Below, piece by piece: positions 1-10,167 of a DNA stretch of 64,000 nt. The notes below the pieces were generated by a model that worked only from the letters and a program-made list of their open reading frames with translations, ran no database searches and was not told the origin of the DNA. The translations under genes and the position numbers were made by a program. The stretch's first letter is position 1; each line of letters starts with the position of its first letter. Source of the stretch: a virus; the IMG/VR virus record IMGVR_UViG_3300045970_000591, positions 32,001 through 96,000 of that record; one strand, 5' to 3'.

Positions 1-1678
1 TCCAATATAAGTGATCGGGGTTAGATGCAAGGTCGAGCATAGAGTATCCCAATGGTTGCACCTTAGCTTCAAACTGTGTTAGATATTCATCATAGAAGAA
101 TGTTGAAGCTTTTTTATCTCGTAACATTTCTTGTATTGTGTCTATTATTGTTGTTGCTATTGTACCTTGATTTCCAGCATCCGATGTTAAACTTTGCAGT
201 ATGTTTTGATCGTCTCTATACAATGCACCGTCTTGACCCAATATAGTTAAATCTTTATGGAACCCCGTAGGATCATTTAAGTCAATATACCTGCTTTGGC
301 CACTGTATGTTCTGTCAAGTGCCTGCACTTTAAGAAGTTGATTTCCATACACCAACGGTAATACATTATAGTCGCTGCCATTTACCATTCGGGACTGTGT
401 AGAAAATACCTCAGGGGCACGAAGCTTTATCTGTTCGTCTGTTTCTGACGCTGCTGCATTACCTATTGTCTGTTCTAAGTTGAACACCACTGACATTGTG
501 TATCTTTGGCCATCCACACCTACATAAGGAATAGATAGCTGTAATCCACGGGCGTTGTCTGGCCTAATAATGATTGCTTGATTTGCACTTGTGCGAACCC
601 ATGTTCTAAACAGTCCAGTAGGTACGTTACCAAAGTTACCGTCAGCAAACCTAATAGTAACCGTGTCGTTTGCACCAGTTATAACATCAAATACATTTCT
701 CTGTGAAAAGTGTATGCTATTGTAAATAATGTTTTCACCCGACAGAGCAGGCACTTTAATCCATTTGTTTATAACATTACCTGATTGATCTGTTTCCTGT
801 ACATACACATCATCTTGGTTAATATTCTGTATATCTATCGGGAATAACCTATTAGGCATAGGGAATTCAAAGTTGGCATCTACATTCATTAGCGTGCCTT
901 GTTTGAAGAACAAGAAGAATCCTGTGTTTGCAGATGATACACCTAAGCTATCATTTCTGTATATGAAGTTGAATGCATTAGCAGGGTCAGGATCTCTTTC
1001 AAATATTGTTTGATTTGTTACAAAATCTGGATTGCATATATCGATTGGATATTGTTGGCCTGTAATAGAAACTGTTGTAGGATATGTTACTGATAGGTTT
1101 CTAACATTATTCAACTGATACAAATCAGTAGGTATACTTCCTATAGAGCCACTCTTTGTTGGGCGGCCGAACGGATTAAGCGTATTGAATCCTGCGTTAC
1201 ATATTTGCACAAACTGGTCAAACCAGTTGTTATTGTTTGAGTCATTCCAAAATACAGCAGTATTAGAAATAGCTACTCCGTTAGCATCGACTAAGGGTTG
1301 GTCTGTTTGCACTGCTGCAATCTTAAATAAACCACTGGCAGAAATATTTCTACGCGGAACATAGTTAACCATTTGCGCTAAACGGATAATACTTTCCCTA
1401 CGTTCTGCTGTATCTATAAAGTTTTCTCTGCTATTCAAGTCTGTTCTAAATGCTAAACTTGTGCCGAGGTATGCCAACAGCTCTATTATAGCAATAAACT
1501 CTGAACTTTCAATATAATCATTAAAGTCTTCTGGATAATATGTCTGAATATAATTCACCATCGCTTGTTTAAGCGTGTCAAAATCATATGCTGTATAATC
1601 TATGTATTGATAGGATTTAAATACCTTCTTATAGTCTTCTGCCGAAAACAGATTGGTTGTTCTTACTGATCCGCTCAT
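1..1678 (-). CDS. gp6: Baseplate wedge protein, T4 gp6-like (3' end truncated by the window edge; not in ORF track)
   Basis: I translated from ATG at 1678: MSGSVRTTNLFSAEDYKKVFKSYQYIDYTAYDFDTLKQAMVNYIQTYYPEDFNDYIESSEFIAIIELLAYLGTSLAFRTDLNSRENFIDTAERRESIIRLAQMVNYVPRR. This matches the gp6 N-terminus (DFD..K..YPEDFNDY..S...A.RR.S...LA...Y.P). It lies directly downstream of gp25. Confidence 0.85.
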   Translation of the reverse strand, partial: MSGSVRTTNLFSAEDYKKVFKSYQYIDYTAYDFDTLKQAMVNYIQTYYPEDFNDYIESSEFIAIIELLAYLGTSLAFRTDLNSRENFIDTAERRESIIRLAQMVNYVPRRNISASGLFKIAAVQTDQPLVDANGVAISNTAVFWNDSNNNNWFDQFVQICNAGFNTLNPFGRPTKSGSIGSIPTDLYQLNNVRNLSVTYPTTVSITGQQYPIDICNPDFVTNQTIFERDPDPANAFNFIYRNDSLGVSSANTGFFLFFKQGTLMNVDANFEFPMPNRLFPIDIQNINQDDVYVQETDQSGNVINKWIKVPALSGENIIYNSIHFSQRNVFDVITGANDTVTIRFADGNFGNVPTGLFRTWVRTSANQAIIIRPDNARGLQLSIPYVGVDGQRYTMSVVFNLEQTIGNAAASETDEQIKLRAPEVFSTQSRMVNGSDYNVLPLVYGNQLLKVQALDRTYSGQSRYIDLNDPTGFHKDLTILGQDGALYRDDQNILQSLTSDAGNQGTIATTIIDTIQEMLRDKKASTFFYDEYLTQFEAKVQPLGYSMLDLASNPDHLYW

Positions 1679-1687
1679 ATCTATCCT

Positions 1688-2110
1688 TTAATTTGTATTT
1701 TGTTTATCGTTCAAAGAAAACGTAACAAATAAACTGTCTCTTATTGCATCGGGTTGAAACAATAGAACCATACTAACCGTTAATGTCTGATCTTCCTGAT
1801 ATGTGTCTATGCTAACAAGCGATACTCTCGGATCACTTGACACAACTCTTGTCGCATCTTCTATGATTGCGCTCTTTGTATATTCGTCGAACGGGTCGAA
1901 CAAATATTCGTGAATTTTTGTGCCGAAAAACGGTAGCATAACGCGAGATCCCATAGGCGTAGCAAAGTGATTTTGTAAATCCCGCTTTACTATATCTACA
2001 TTTGTTAATGCATATGGCGGATTTATTTGATCAACCGTATTAAACCCCACGAAATAGGGCTTTCGTGTGATTTGCGTTTTTATTATTTGATTGCGTTGTA
2101 TAGTTGACAT
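1688..2110 (-). CDS. gp25: Baseplate wedge protein gp25-like (GPW_gp25 family)
   Basis: DLQNHFATPMGSRVMLPFFGTKIHEYLFDP...SDPRV motif and 140-aa size. TAAATA late promoter upstream at 2127-2132 (minus). Confidence 0.9.
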   Translation of the reverse strand: MSTIQRNQIIKTQITRKPYFVGFNTVDQINPPYALTNVDIVKRDLQNHFATPMGSRVMLPFFGTKIHEYLFDPFDEYTKSAIIEDATRVVSSDPRVSLVSIDTYQEDQTLTVSMVLLFQPDAIRDSLFVTFSLNDKQNTN

Positions 2111-2165
2111 ATAATTCTCTTTTTGTTATTTATCAGGAAAATTATATGATGTTTTTATAAAGACG

Positions 2166-2981
2166 TTATCCGTAGCTGTGCAGGCCCGGGCTATACTGAT
2201 TTCTGTACATAGTCATTATTTTTGACGCATCTGAAACAGGTCGATTACCCGACGGTTTGAAACTTAGGTGATACCATACAAGCCCTGTCTTATCACTATG
2301 TTCGTATATAAACTGGTCATATGGAATATTATCCTTAACCCATGCTGCATTTTCCCAGTATCTTGCATAAGTCCATCCAGCAAACTGAATGTCCATTGCT
2401 TGCCCTAATATGTGTTGGCTTACCTTGTCGGGTTTTGTTGATGATTTATTTCTGAGTGCAGAGTTTATATTAAGTGCACCAAACTTTGCACGCATTGGTT
2501 CTGCCACATTTATTGCGAGTGCTTTAAGACAGTTAAATCTGGCATCAATACTACCTTGCCCGGCATACAGAGGAGGCAACGAACCGGTGTAAGTAATCAA
2601 CTCATTTTTAAATACAGCATTTATTGTGAAATGTCTAACCTTGTAATTCGTGCTAAGTTGCTCGTCATAAGATCCCGACCATACAGTTGATGTTGTTGCA
2701 ACAGGCGGAACAACTCGCGGCGGCGTTACAACACTCTTGGTAGCAGGTGCCGATATAGGTGGCGGCAAGGTTGTCTGCATAGCCGGTTGAGCTGTAGCAG
2801 GTATCTGCACACCTGTTTTACTCTGCGTATTATTGCCGTTGGCAATATTTTCGTCGTGTTCGTCTAAGGTAGGATCTCCATTATCACTACTAACAGTGTT
2901 CACTAATTCAGCGGAGTTTTCAAAATCGCTTGTAGAAAGTGTTACTCCGCCTACCGTAATTGTTGGTGCTGTGCAAGCCAT
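2166..2981 (-). CDS. Peptidase M15A-type (D-Ala-D-Ala/endolysin-like) protein with Pro/Thr-rich N-terminal linker
   Basis: INSALR...SQHILGQAMDI...DQFIYEH...WYHLSF gives the H-x6-D...H zinc ligand pattern of M15. Located between gp5 and gp25. Confidence 0.8.
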   Translation of the reverse strand: MACTAPTITVGGVTLSTSDFENSAELVNTVSSDNGDPTLDEHDENIANGNNTQSKTGVQIPATAQPAMQTTLPPPISAPATKSVVTPPRVVPPVATTSTVWSGSYDEQLSTNYKVRHFTINAVFKNELITYTGSLPPLYAGQGSIDARFNCLKALAINVAEPMRAKFGALNINSALRNKSSTKPDKVSQHILGQAMDIQFAGWTYARYWENAAWVKDNIPYDQFIYEHSDKTGLVWYHLSFKPSGNRPVSDASKIMTMYRNQYSPGLHSYG

Positions 2982-2982
2982 A

Positions 2983-5601
2983 TTATCCTACCTTTGTCTT
3001 ATTTGTCGGATCTATATTATTTCCTATCATAGCACATATATTAGGACCTCGTTTTCCTACCTGTCTATACCACTTTGATGTTGATAATTCTATATCAGCC
3101 CTGGCAAAGTCTTTTGCTTTTATTGCAGCAAGAAACTTTACGAATTTAGATAACCCGCCCATACCGAGGTTATAAGCGAGATCGATTATACCTCGTTTTC
3201 TTATATCAGATAATTCATCCCATGTATCTCCTACCAACTTTTGTGCAATCTTTGTGGCAGAGCTTGAGTCGGCAGAATACCAGTTTTCTATCTGGTCAGT
3301 CTCGATGGGTGTCCCCACCGGATATAACGGTATTTCATTAACCCTCATTAAGTGGCCTATACCGCCTGTTATTAGTCCTACTGTATCAGTGTATGATTTA
3401 TCCTTAAGACCTTCGTGTATCACAAGTTGTTTCCTTAATGCAGATGTTAATATATTACTGGCTATGTTACTATCCGCTAATGAATCCCCTGTCACTGATT
3501 TGTTCGAGGAACCCGGATTTACAGCAGCAGGTGGCGGCGCGGGCGGGGAATATCCATACCCCGTCATACTCATTTGAGCGTGTGTGTTGCCGACACCTGC
3601 GGAGCCCATATATGTGGCATCGTCCGGTGTTATAACAGGTGCACCACCTGCCACATTGCCTTTGTTGAAGTTCTCATGCTCTGGACACGGTTCGTATGTA
3701 GGGAACCCCGAAACAATAGTCTGTATAGGAGCCGAGTTTCGTTTAAACTTAGATAGCGGCGTAGGCGTAACAGTTGTCCAGTTTGATGGATTAAATGCAC
3801 CCTTAGGTTGCGTTACTTTGCTCTTGTAAAATAACCCATCTGCTTCGTATTTCACTACATCGTCTACTTTATATGATACCGATGTAGAAAAGTATGTCCA
3901 GTTTGTGTCTGTAGGATCACTCCATGTTGCAAGAATGTTTAGTTTATTATTGAGGGGTTTAACTTCTGCAGGCCTTGCTGTACCAGCTGACATAGCACCT
4001 TCTGCGACAAGTGGAGTCTCTACCGCTGGTCCATCGGCGGACCCATCACTTGTTGCGCCGAGCCCGCCGGCAATATTTGCCCAGGTAGATTTCAGATTTG
4101 CAGTCTGTGACGACGAAATAATACCAGTGACCCCGAGGCTTCCGCCGATAAGAGTATTTGTGCCTATATTTAATGACGATGCATCTAACGACATAGATCC
4201 TGCAGCAGTTTCTATTATATTACTCATAGCATTTAAGCTCATATTTGAGTTAGTGCAAAATACAACATCACCCATACCCACCACAGATATCGTACCCTTT
4301 GATCCTACACGAATATTTCCTGTGGCTGATACATCTACTGCTGCATCTGTTGTTAGTTTTATACCCTTCTTAGAGTTGAAATCTTGGCCACCGTTTTGTG
4401 TAGTAACACTTAAAGAGTTACCTATTTTAACATTTATATCGTTTTCTACAGCAGTTAAGAATACACCTTTCTGCGATGTGCTCTGTAGGTTGTTGAGCGT
4501 CTGTAATACAATATTACCGCCGTCACCTTTACCTTCTCCAACATATCCCCACTCTGGTATATTTTTCGTGACTGGTGCATTATTAACATCGTATGTAAAT
4601 GTTGTTGTCTTTTCTTTTGTATCTTTAGCAGCCTTCATAAAGATATTCTGGCCTGCTTCTATATTGATATTCCTATCAGCACGGATATTGAAGTCTCTTT
4701 GGGCACGCATAGATATATTCTTTGCACCAAAAATATCTACATTTCCATCTTTATCCATTTGCACCCAGGATGTTCCGTCTCTGTTTATCATGTATATGAA
4801 TCCGTTAGATTCATTTATGTGTATCTGCGCACCGGATTTCGTGCTAAGTTGCACATACTCGCTGTTCTCTGCATCATCCATAACAAATGATGATCCACCT
4901 TTTCGTCTAATATCACTTTTATTCTTACTGCCTTTTATTACTGGCCCCGGAGTAGATATGCCGAATACCTCACTTGGAGATTCTCGGCGAGCGCTTGAGT
5001 TTGTTGATCCGCGAACAGGATCATTGATCAGTCCTTGATTTCCTACACCATTAAACTTTGTTGCATGGTATGGTTTTTTAACCGTATCTGCATCAGTGGT
5101 ATTACCTATTGATTTATTGTATTCTGCAACAGGTATATTCTTCCCCGGATATTGATAGTTATTTGCAGACGATGCTGTACCGGGTATGCTATTATTTACA
5201 AACTGGTTAAATAGGCTTCCTATCCACACCCCTTTACCCGGATTACCATTAATAAACATAACCAACACTATGTTGCCCAAATCGGGCGGCACCATCCACA
5301 TACCGTATGTTGTCTGTGTGCCTTCAAACTGTTGTGTGTTGTTTTTATCTATTGTAGCAACATTGGTTGATCCTGCAAAAGGAGAGCAATAGCTTACTGT
5401 TGTCCATCCTTTTTCGTTTTCGGGCGAAGAGGCAAACTCTGGAATCCATACCATCATTCTACCGTTCTTTTGCACATCTGCTGTATTCTTAACAATACCC
5501 ATATATAGGCCGAGGAGTAACGGAGATCTACCACCTGCCTGTAGGCTATCGTTTGTTGTTGCTGAAACTGTTCTATCGTTTGTATTTAAGTATGCTGTCA
5601 T
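2983..5601 (-). CDS. gp5: Baseplate central spike gp5-like: OB fold, beta-helix, inserted carbohydrate-binding module, C-terminal GH24 lysozyme
   Basis: N-terminal YMGIVKNTAD..KNGRMMVWIPEF...YGMWMVPPD.GN.VLV.F (gp5 OB fold). Central repeated beta-strands. C-terminal HEGLKDKSYTDTVGLITGGIGH gives the E-x8-D-x5-T lysozyme triad. Confidence 0.85.
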   Translation of the reverse strand: MTAYLNTNDRTVSATTNDSLQAGGRSPLLLGLYMGIVKNTADVQKNGRMMVWIPEFASSPENEKGWTTVSYCSPFAGSTNVATIDKNNTQQFEGTQTTYGMWMVPPDLGNIVLVMFINGNPGKGVWIGSLFNQFVNNSIPGTASSANNYQYPGKNIPVAEYNKSIGNTTDADTVKKPYHATKFNGVGNQGLINDPVRGSTNSSARRESPSEVFGISTPGPVIKGSKNKSDIRRKGGSSFVMDDAENSEYVQLSTKSGAQIHINESNGFIYMINRDGTSWVQMDKDGNVDIFGAKNISMRAQRDFNIRADRNINIEAGQNIFMKAAKDTKEKTTTFTYDVNNAPVTKNIPEWGYVGEGKGDGGNIVLQTLNNLQSTSQKGVFLTAVENDINVKIGNSLSVTTQNGGQDFNSKKGIKLTTDAAVDVSATGNIRVGSKGTISVVGMGDVVFCTNSNMSLNAMSNIIETAAGSMSLDASSLNIGTNTLIGGSLGVTGIISSSQTANLKSTWANIAGGLGATSDGSADGPAVETPLVAEGAMSAGTARPAEVKPLNNKLNILATWSDPTDTNWTYFSTSVSYKVDDVVKYEADGLFYKSKVTQPKGAFNPSNWTTVTPTPLSKFKRNSAPIQTIVSGFPTYEPCPEHENFNKGNVAGGAPVITPDDATYMGSAGVGNTHAQMSMTGYGYSPPAPPPAAVNPGSSNKSVTGDSLADSNIASNILTSALRKQLVIHEGLKDKSYTDTVGLITGGIGHLMRVNEIPLYPVGTPIETDQIENWYSADSSSATKIAQKLVGDTWDELSDIRKRGIIDLAYNLGMGGLSKFVKFLAAIKAKDFARADIELSTSKWYRQVGKRGPNICAMIGNNIDPTNKTKVG

Positions 5602-5605
5602 AGTA

Positions 5606-8173
5606 TTATACGCCGCTTGCCCTTTCTGGACCTCTTGTTGAACTTCCTGAGCCAGGGCCCGGCGGTAATGCCCTGAGCGTGTCTAAAAAATCTACATATT
5701 TGAGTTTACCTGGCGCAGTTTTATCATACGGCACAAGACCCATTGATTCTCGTGTCGGATTTTTAACTGCGGCGGGCGGTATGGTTGTGTTAGATAGCTT
5801 CTCTGTTGCAATAGGTGTGTCTGCGGTATATGCAGCAGTCTTCATTTGTTTTAAGAAGCCTAATATATCTACCATAGGATCGATATTACAGGTAAGCTCT
5901 TGAGTAAACTTACCCATTTCAAACTTACTAAGTACGGAAATGACCTTATACACCCCACTAAAGGTTTCTATATTTTCAAATGAGTCAATCACACCTGTTT
6001 CGTCTATTGCCATTTGTGGTGTTCTAAACAATATGACAATAAAGTTATCTGTACCGTAAAAATTCACAGATGACGAATTTTTTCTATGACTGTTTTTGAT
6101 TTCGTCTATAGCAAGCGTTTTTGTATCCATCATAGACTTATATGGTAGTACAGTTATATTATGACCTACACTTCTCGGGAATAACCAAAATGGGTCACCT
6201 TTTATAAGCAACTTTACAATAGTAAGACTTGCATCTACTGTTGAGTATAATGCTGTTGAAAATATATTAGATACTCTGGCGCGACCACCCTCTGTAGTGG
6301 TGTCTATACCACCGGGCCCTACAGTGTTTTCTTGTGCTCCTTCTCTACGTGGGATAGGTCTTAGTTTGCTTCTTCTTGTGTCTATATTAGTTGATATTGC
6401 TGCCTTGGCGTCGGCTGATCCTGAATTTACGTCAGATATAAACTTATATCCATTCACAGGTTCTGCGAGAGATTTGGCTGTAATTTTTGTTTTCGTATCT
6501 GGCTCACCAGATCGTGTTGTTCCGCCTGCAGCTATTATGCTTGTTGTATGGTTGCGGCGGTCTGCTGGCCTAGCAGATTCCAACAGTTTATTATACCGCA
6601 GGGCCAACTCAGTATCTTTTAGTTTTGCATTATCTATTTCTGCTCGAGTTTCTGATATTTTCTTCAAGATATCTGTCTCACTCGTTGCATCATTTATGAA
6701 ATGTATTGCTTCTCTAAGTTTTTCCTTTAGCTTTTTTTCTGTTTCTCTGGCTTTATCTATATTAAGCCCAGTATCCGACGTCGACGAGTCCGAGTATACA
6801 CCGCCGAATCGGGCTAAGGTTGCGGCATACGCAAAATTCATAGTAAGATCGAACTGAAGTATCTGGTCATTCAGTCCGGTGAAAATATAACTATATTTTT
6901 TATTAAGTATTTTATTTTTTATATACTCATTTACTATTTTATTGGATAGTTTTGCTTCATCAGCAGATGTTGAAACTTCTTGAGTGTCATCTATAGCACC
7001 CATATCATATTGGACAATATAAATAGTGACTTCAACTGCATTATCCTGTCTCACAGGATCATACACAATGGGTCTAGTTTCAGTAACTATTCTCCATAAT
7101 TTTCTCATCGCCCACGGGATTTGATCTGCTTTTTTAACTTCGCCGTCCGGTGTATCTGTGCCTTGTAGTTGTGTCTGGTACTTTTCTGAGTTTGCCAATA
7201 AAGAATCTACTATCTTATCTATACTTGTACCGTCTTTATAGGTTGCGGATTTCTTCTTTAAATCAATAAAAGACCCGCCACGAGCAGTATTCTTAATCAT
7301 CGAGTCTGGTGCTAATACCAGTGGTGCTAGTTCATCATCAACTACTATGTTATACACATCGGGGATACTATAGTTATCGATTAGTTTTATATATTGATCA
7401 GCATTTATCTTGTCTGCCAACCTTTTCATAGAATCTTCAAATGTAGTTATGTTATCGAGTGTTATCGAATGCTGTATGCTAAAGTATGCATTGGCTTGTG
7501 CAAGCTCATTATAAACTATGCCGCTGAAATCGTATCGGGTACCTATATTAGCAACGTGCGCTTTTACATCAGTCACCTTAATGGGCCACACCCATAGTTG
7601 GTCTCCAAGGCCGCCCGGTGCAGATGATGGTATAGCGGTTGCTTCCTCTGGTGTTCTTCCTCTAAATTCTAACTGTAGAAAGCAAGGCATAACAAGCCAG
7701 TTACCTATACCTAGCGCACTTGCTTCTGCATACATTTTATCTAATAGACCAGCGCCGGATGGTTCAACAATTTCGAACTTAACAATAGTTTGGGTTCCTG
7801 TACCTGCTTCTACAGAAGGCACTGCGATACCGTTGAATTCTACCTTATCTATTGTTAAGTCAGTTACACCACTTTCTGCTATTATAGTTTGATTTTCAGG
7901 AGATAATACTGCACCGGAATTCGCATTAGCAGTGGATGTTATAAACAACTTCCAGTGATATGTATATGTGTCGTAGTTATCTAACATATTAGGTGAGAAA
8001 TCTAACTTATATACTTCTTTCTCTGTTGCGGGTAGGCTGTGCCTGTATGCGTTTATTTCTCCCGCGGTAGGACCACCGGCGCCGCCACGGCCGCTGCCGC
8101 CCTGAGTCTTTGGCTTCCATTTGCCACCGCTGCCCCAGTTTTTTGAACCACTTGATGAAGGTATACCTGCCAT
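5606..8173 (-). CDS. Baseplate hub protein (gp27/late-control-D-like), large
   Basis: Adjacent to gp5. C-terminal IKGDPFW...FRTP...FSGVYKVISVLSKFEMGKFTQEL is typical of hub proteins. Confidence 0.6.
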   Translation of the reverse strand: MAGIPSSSGSKNWGSGGKWKPKTQGGSGRGGAGGPTAGEINAYRHSLPATEKEVYKLDFSPNMLDNYDTYTYHWKLFITSTANANSGAVLSPENQTIIAESGVTDLTIDKVEFNGIAVPSVEAGTGTQTIVKFEIVEPSGAGLLDKMYAEASALGIGNWLVMPCFLQLEFRGRTPEEATAIPSSAPGGLGDQLWVWPIKVTDVKAHVANIGTRYDFSGIVYNELAQANAYFSIQHSITLDNITTFEDSMKRLADKINADQYIKLIDNYSIPDVYNIVVDDELAPLVLAPDSMIKNTARGGSFIDLKKKSATYKDGTSIDKIVDSLLANSEKYQTQLQGTDTPDGEVKKADQIPWAMRKLWRIVTETRPIVYDPVRQDNAVEVTIYIVQYDMGAIDDTQEVSTSADEAKLSNKIVNEYIKNKILNKKYSYIFTGLNDQILQFDLTMNFAYAATLARFGGVYSDSSTSDTGLNIDKARETEKKLKEKLREAIHFINDATSETDILKKISETRAEIDNAKLKDTELALRYNKLLESARPADRRNHTTSIIAAGGTTRSGEPDTKTKITAKSLAEPVNGYKFISDVNSGSADAKAAISTNIDTRRSKLRPIPRREGAQENTVGPGGIDTTTEGGRARVSNIFSTALYSTVDASLTIVKLLIKGDPFWLFPRSVGHNITVLPYKSMMDTKTLAIDEIKNSHRKNSSSVNFYGTDNFIVILFRTPQMAIDETGVIDSFENIETFSGVYKVISVLSKFEMGKFTQELTCNIDPMVDILGFLKQMKTAAYTADTPIATEKLSNTTIPPAAVKNPTRESMGLVPYDKTAPGKLKYVDFLDTLRALPPGPGSGSSTRGPERASGV

Positions 8174-8174
8174 A

Positions 8175-8456
8175 TTATTGTATCACACTGTCTGGCACAT
8201 AAATCTCTGTACCTGCTATAAAGTCGTTTATAGGGTCGATTAATGTGTCTGGATTTCTTACTGCAAACACCCACCACAATGATGGGGTACCATATTCGGC
8301 CTGACTTAGCAGATCGGGCCGCTGATCATACTCCGCAGGTATCTTAACAATCTTATCGTAGTCGCTTTTAGGCACCTTGAGTGTAGGCATTATATCTAAA
8401 TACCAATCATTAATAGGCGTGTTTACATAAGGACTCGATTTTTTAAACTGTGACAT
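8175..8456 (-). CDS. Baseplate wedge gp53-like / LysM-type protein
   Basis: YDQRPDLLSQAEYGTPSLWWVFAVRNP...DP..DF..G..IYVP motif; baseplate operon context. Confidence 0.75.
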   Translation of the reverse strand: MSQFKKSSPYVNTPINDWYLDIMPTLKVPKSDYDKIVKIPAEYDQRPDLLSQAEYGTPSLWWVFAVRNPDTLIDPINDFIAGTEIYVPDSVIQ

Positions 8457-9136
8457 TAAATATATCCCCCGGTTATAAGATTGCCGCTACGGAATTTATC
8501 TAAGTTAAAGTTGTTTCTTGTTTTAATCGGTGTGTATTGTGTTTCTAGTTCTATTTCAACTTTTATGTGTGTAGGAACCCAAGAGTAGCCGTTGCTTTTT
8601 CCAGCCGGTAAAGATAGGCCGTCTCCGTTAGAGTTTAATCCTGCCGTATAAACAGGCACATAATCTACAGCAGCGTCTAAAGTATATCCGAAGGATTTCA
8701 CTACAACGGGAACATCATTAAACTGATGATCTCCTAAATAGTTAAATAATAACACAGGCGGAGGCGTGCCCGATGTTTTGTATGTTTGCACACCAAAATA
8801 AAGTTTAGTTGATGATTTAAAAAAGTGTATAACTGCTAACATATAGAATGCTTCAGCATCTGACTGTGCTGTAAACTCTGTAGATATGTTAATCGGCTTA
8901 GGATACGAACGAACATACGCATTATACCCGTAGTTAGAATGTATGAATGGACTTAAATCATACTCTGCTTGACTTCCTGCGGTAACAGACGGGGTATAAG
9001 GAAATAATATGCCATTAGTGGCATGGAGTGGCCAGAGTATATTTGATTGATCTGCAGGGCCTAATATGCCTGTTTCTGTTTTTGCCGCCGACACACTCTT
9101 CGGGCCTAATCTTGCTCTAAAATCTTGTCCTGCCAT
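8456..9136 (-). CDS. Baseplate tail-tube initiator/cap (gp48/gp54-like)
   Basis: FPYTPSV...HSNY...FTAQ...GTPPPVLLF...F.DVPVVV.SF pattern; first gene of the baseplate operon, with late promoter at 9159-9164 (minus). Confidence 0.55.
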   Translation of the reverse strand: MAGQDFRARLGPKSVSAAKTETGILGPADQSNILWPLHATNGILFPYTPSVTAGSQAEYDLSPFIHSNYGYNAYVRSYPKPINISTEFTAQSDAEAFYMLAVIHFFKSSTKLYFGVQTYKTSGTPPPVLLFNYLGDHQFNDVPVVVKSFGYTLDAAVDYVPVYTAGLNSNGDGLSLPAGKSNGYSWVPTHIKVEIELETQYTPIKTRNNFNLDKFRSGNLITGGYI

Positions 9137-9200
9137 AAATATATTCTCCTAACTTGCTTATTTACCAGAATAATAAACTACTGTTTTTATTAAGAAATCC

Positions 9201-9229
9201 TTGACCAAGCATGTTAGATATGTTATACT
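9201..9229 (+). promoter_or_regulatory. Host sigma70-type promoter of the late sigma/gp47/gp46 operon
   Basis: TTGACC-17 nt-TATACT with TG at the extended -10 position. It overlaps the ORF-track start (9211), so the real start is probably ATG 9256 after GGAG. Confidence 0.7.
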
Positions 9230-9255
9230 TATACGAAACCCACTTTGGAGAATCT

Positions 9256-10167
9256 ATGATAGAGTTTGATGACGACGAAGACAGTGAAGACATTATTCAG
9301 GAAGTTTCGGTATTTCCAGTTAAAAAGATTAACTATCTGAATAACAAGGATATGCTAAAAGAAATACACAAAAGTAAAAATTCATTTAGTGAGTATGTGG
9401 ATCCGAAGTACGAAGACTACGACGTTATAGTTGAAAAGGTAGAAGATATGTTGCTTGACGATACAATAACACGAGCAAAGGCTACTAGAGCATCAAGAAT
9501 AGCAGCAAGGAACTACGAAGCAGCGTTATTGGCAGCTGGTGTTGTTACTAAAGCTGATAAGCCAAAGTTAGCTGAATATAAAGTCAAGCCGGATACTATT
9601 TCAGTTGACGATCTTGTATTTCGTGTATTAGGGTTTGATCATATACCGATGGCACCAGGAAGAAAAAAATCTCCAAAATCTACTGCCGACGGTCATATGA
9701 AACTAAACTTCTTCCCATTTAAGCATTATATATTGGTAAATAGTATACCGGTAGAGGTTGGAAGATCACATTCCAAGAAAGGGGCATTTAGTTTAGATCA
9801 CGGGTCTATAACAAATAAACTTGCCAAAATGTTTATTCTTATGGTTAATAAGTATGGACAACGAGGTAACTGGCGCGGATATACCTATTTAGATGAAATG
9901 AAAGGGCAAGCATTGCTACAGCTATCTCATATGGGCTTACAGTTTGATGAATACAAATCTGACAACCCATTTTCGTATTATACTGCATCTGTAAGTAATA
10001 GCTTTACAAGAGTGTTTAACTTAGAAAAGAAAAGTCAAGATTTACGGGATGATTTACTAATAGATAGTGGTGCAAGTCCTAGCTTTACACGGCAACTTGA
10101 GTTAGAAACAGAAGTAAGACAACTAAGAGAGGATGCACAGGATGCTGCCAAACAAGGGATTATTTAA
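9256..10167 (+). CDS. gp55: Late-transcription sigma factor, gp55-like
   Basis: YLNNKDML.EIHKSK N-terminus. LAKMFILMVNKY...NWRGYTYLDEMKGQALLQL...FDEYKSDNPFSYYT...NSF.RV.N.EKK is the gp55 region 2 pattern. Upstream of gp47/gp46 as in T4-like phages. Confidence 0.85.
   Translation: MIEFDDDEDSEDIIQEVSVFPVKKINYLNNKDMLKEIHKSKNSFSEYVDPKYEDYDVIVEKVEDMLLDDTITRAKATRASRIAARNYEAALLAAGVVTKADKPKLAEYKVKPDTISVDDLVFRVLGFDHIPMAPGRKKSPKSTADGHMKLNFFPFKHYILVNSIPVEVGRSHSKKGAFSLDHGSITNKLAKMFILMVNKYGQRGNWRGYTYLDEMKGQALLQLSHMGLQFDEYKSDNPFSYYTASVSNSFTRVFNLEKKSQDLRDDLLIDSGASPSFTRQLELETEVRQLREDAQDAAKQGII

Noticed and set aside
3905-5038. 377-aa + strand ORF, and similarly 6297-6857 (+), 20900-21967 (-), 24943-25324 (-) and 60414-61083
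   Set aside because: Antisense or alternate-frame shadows of well-supported genes, caused by codon bias or repeats. No motifs or ribosome-binding sites.
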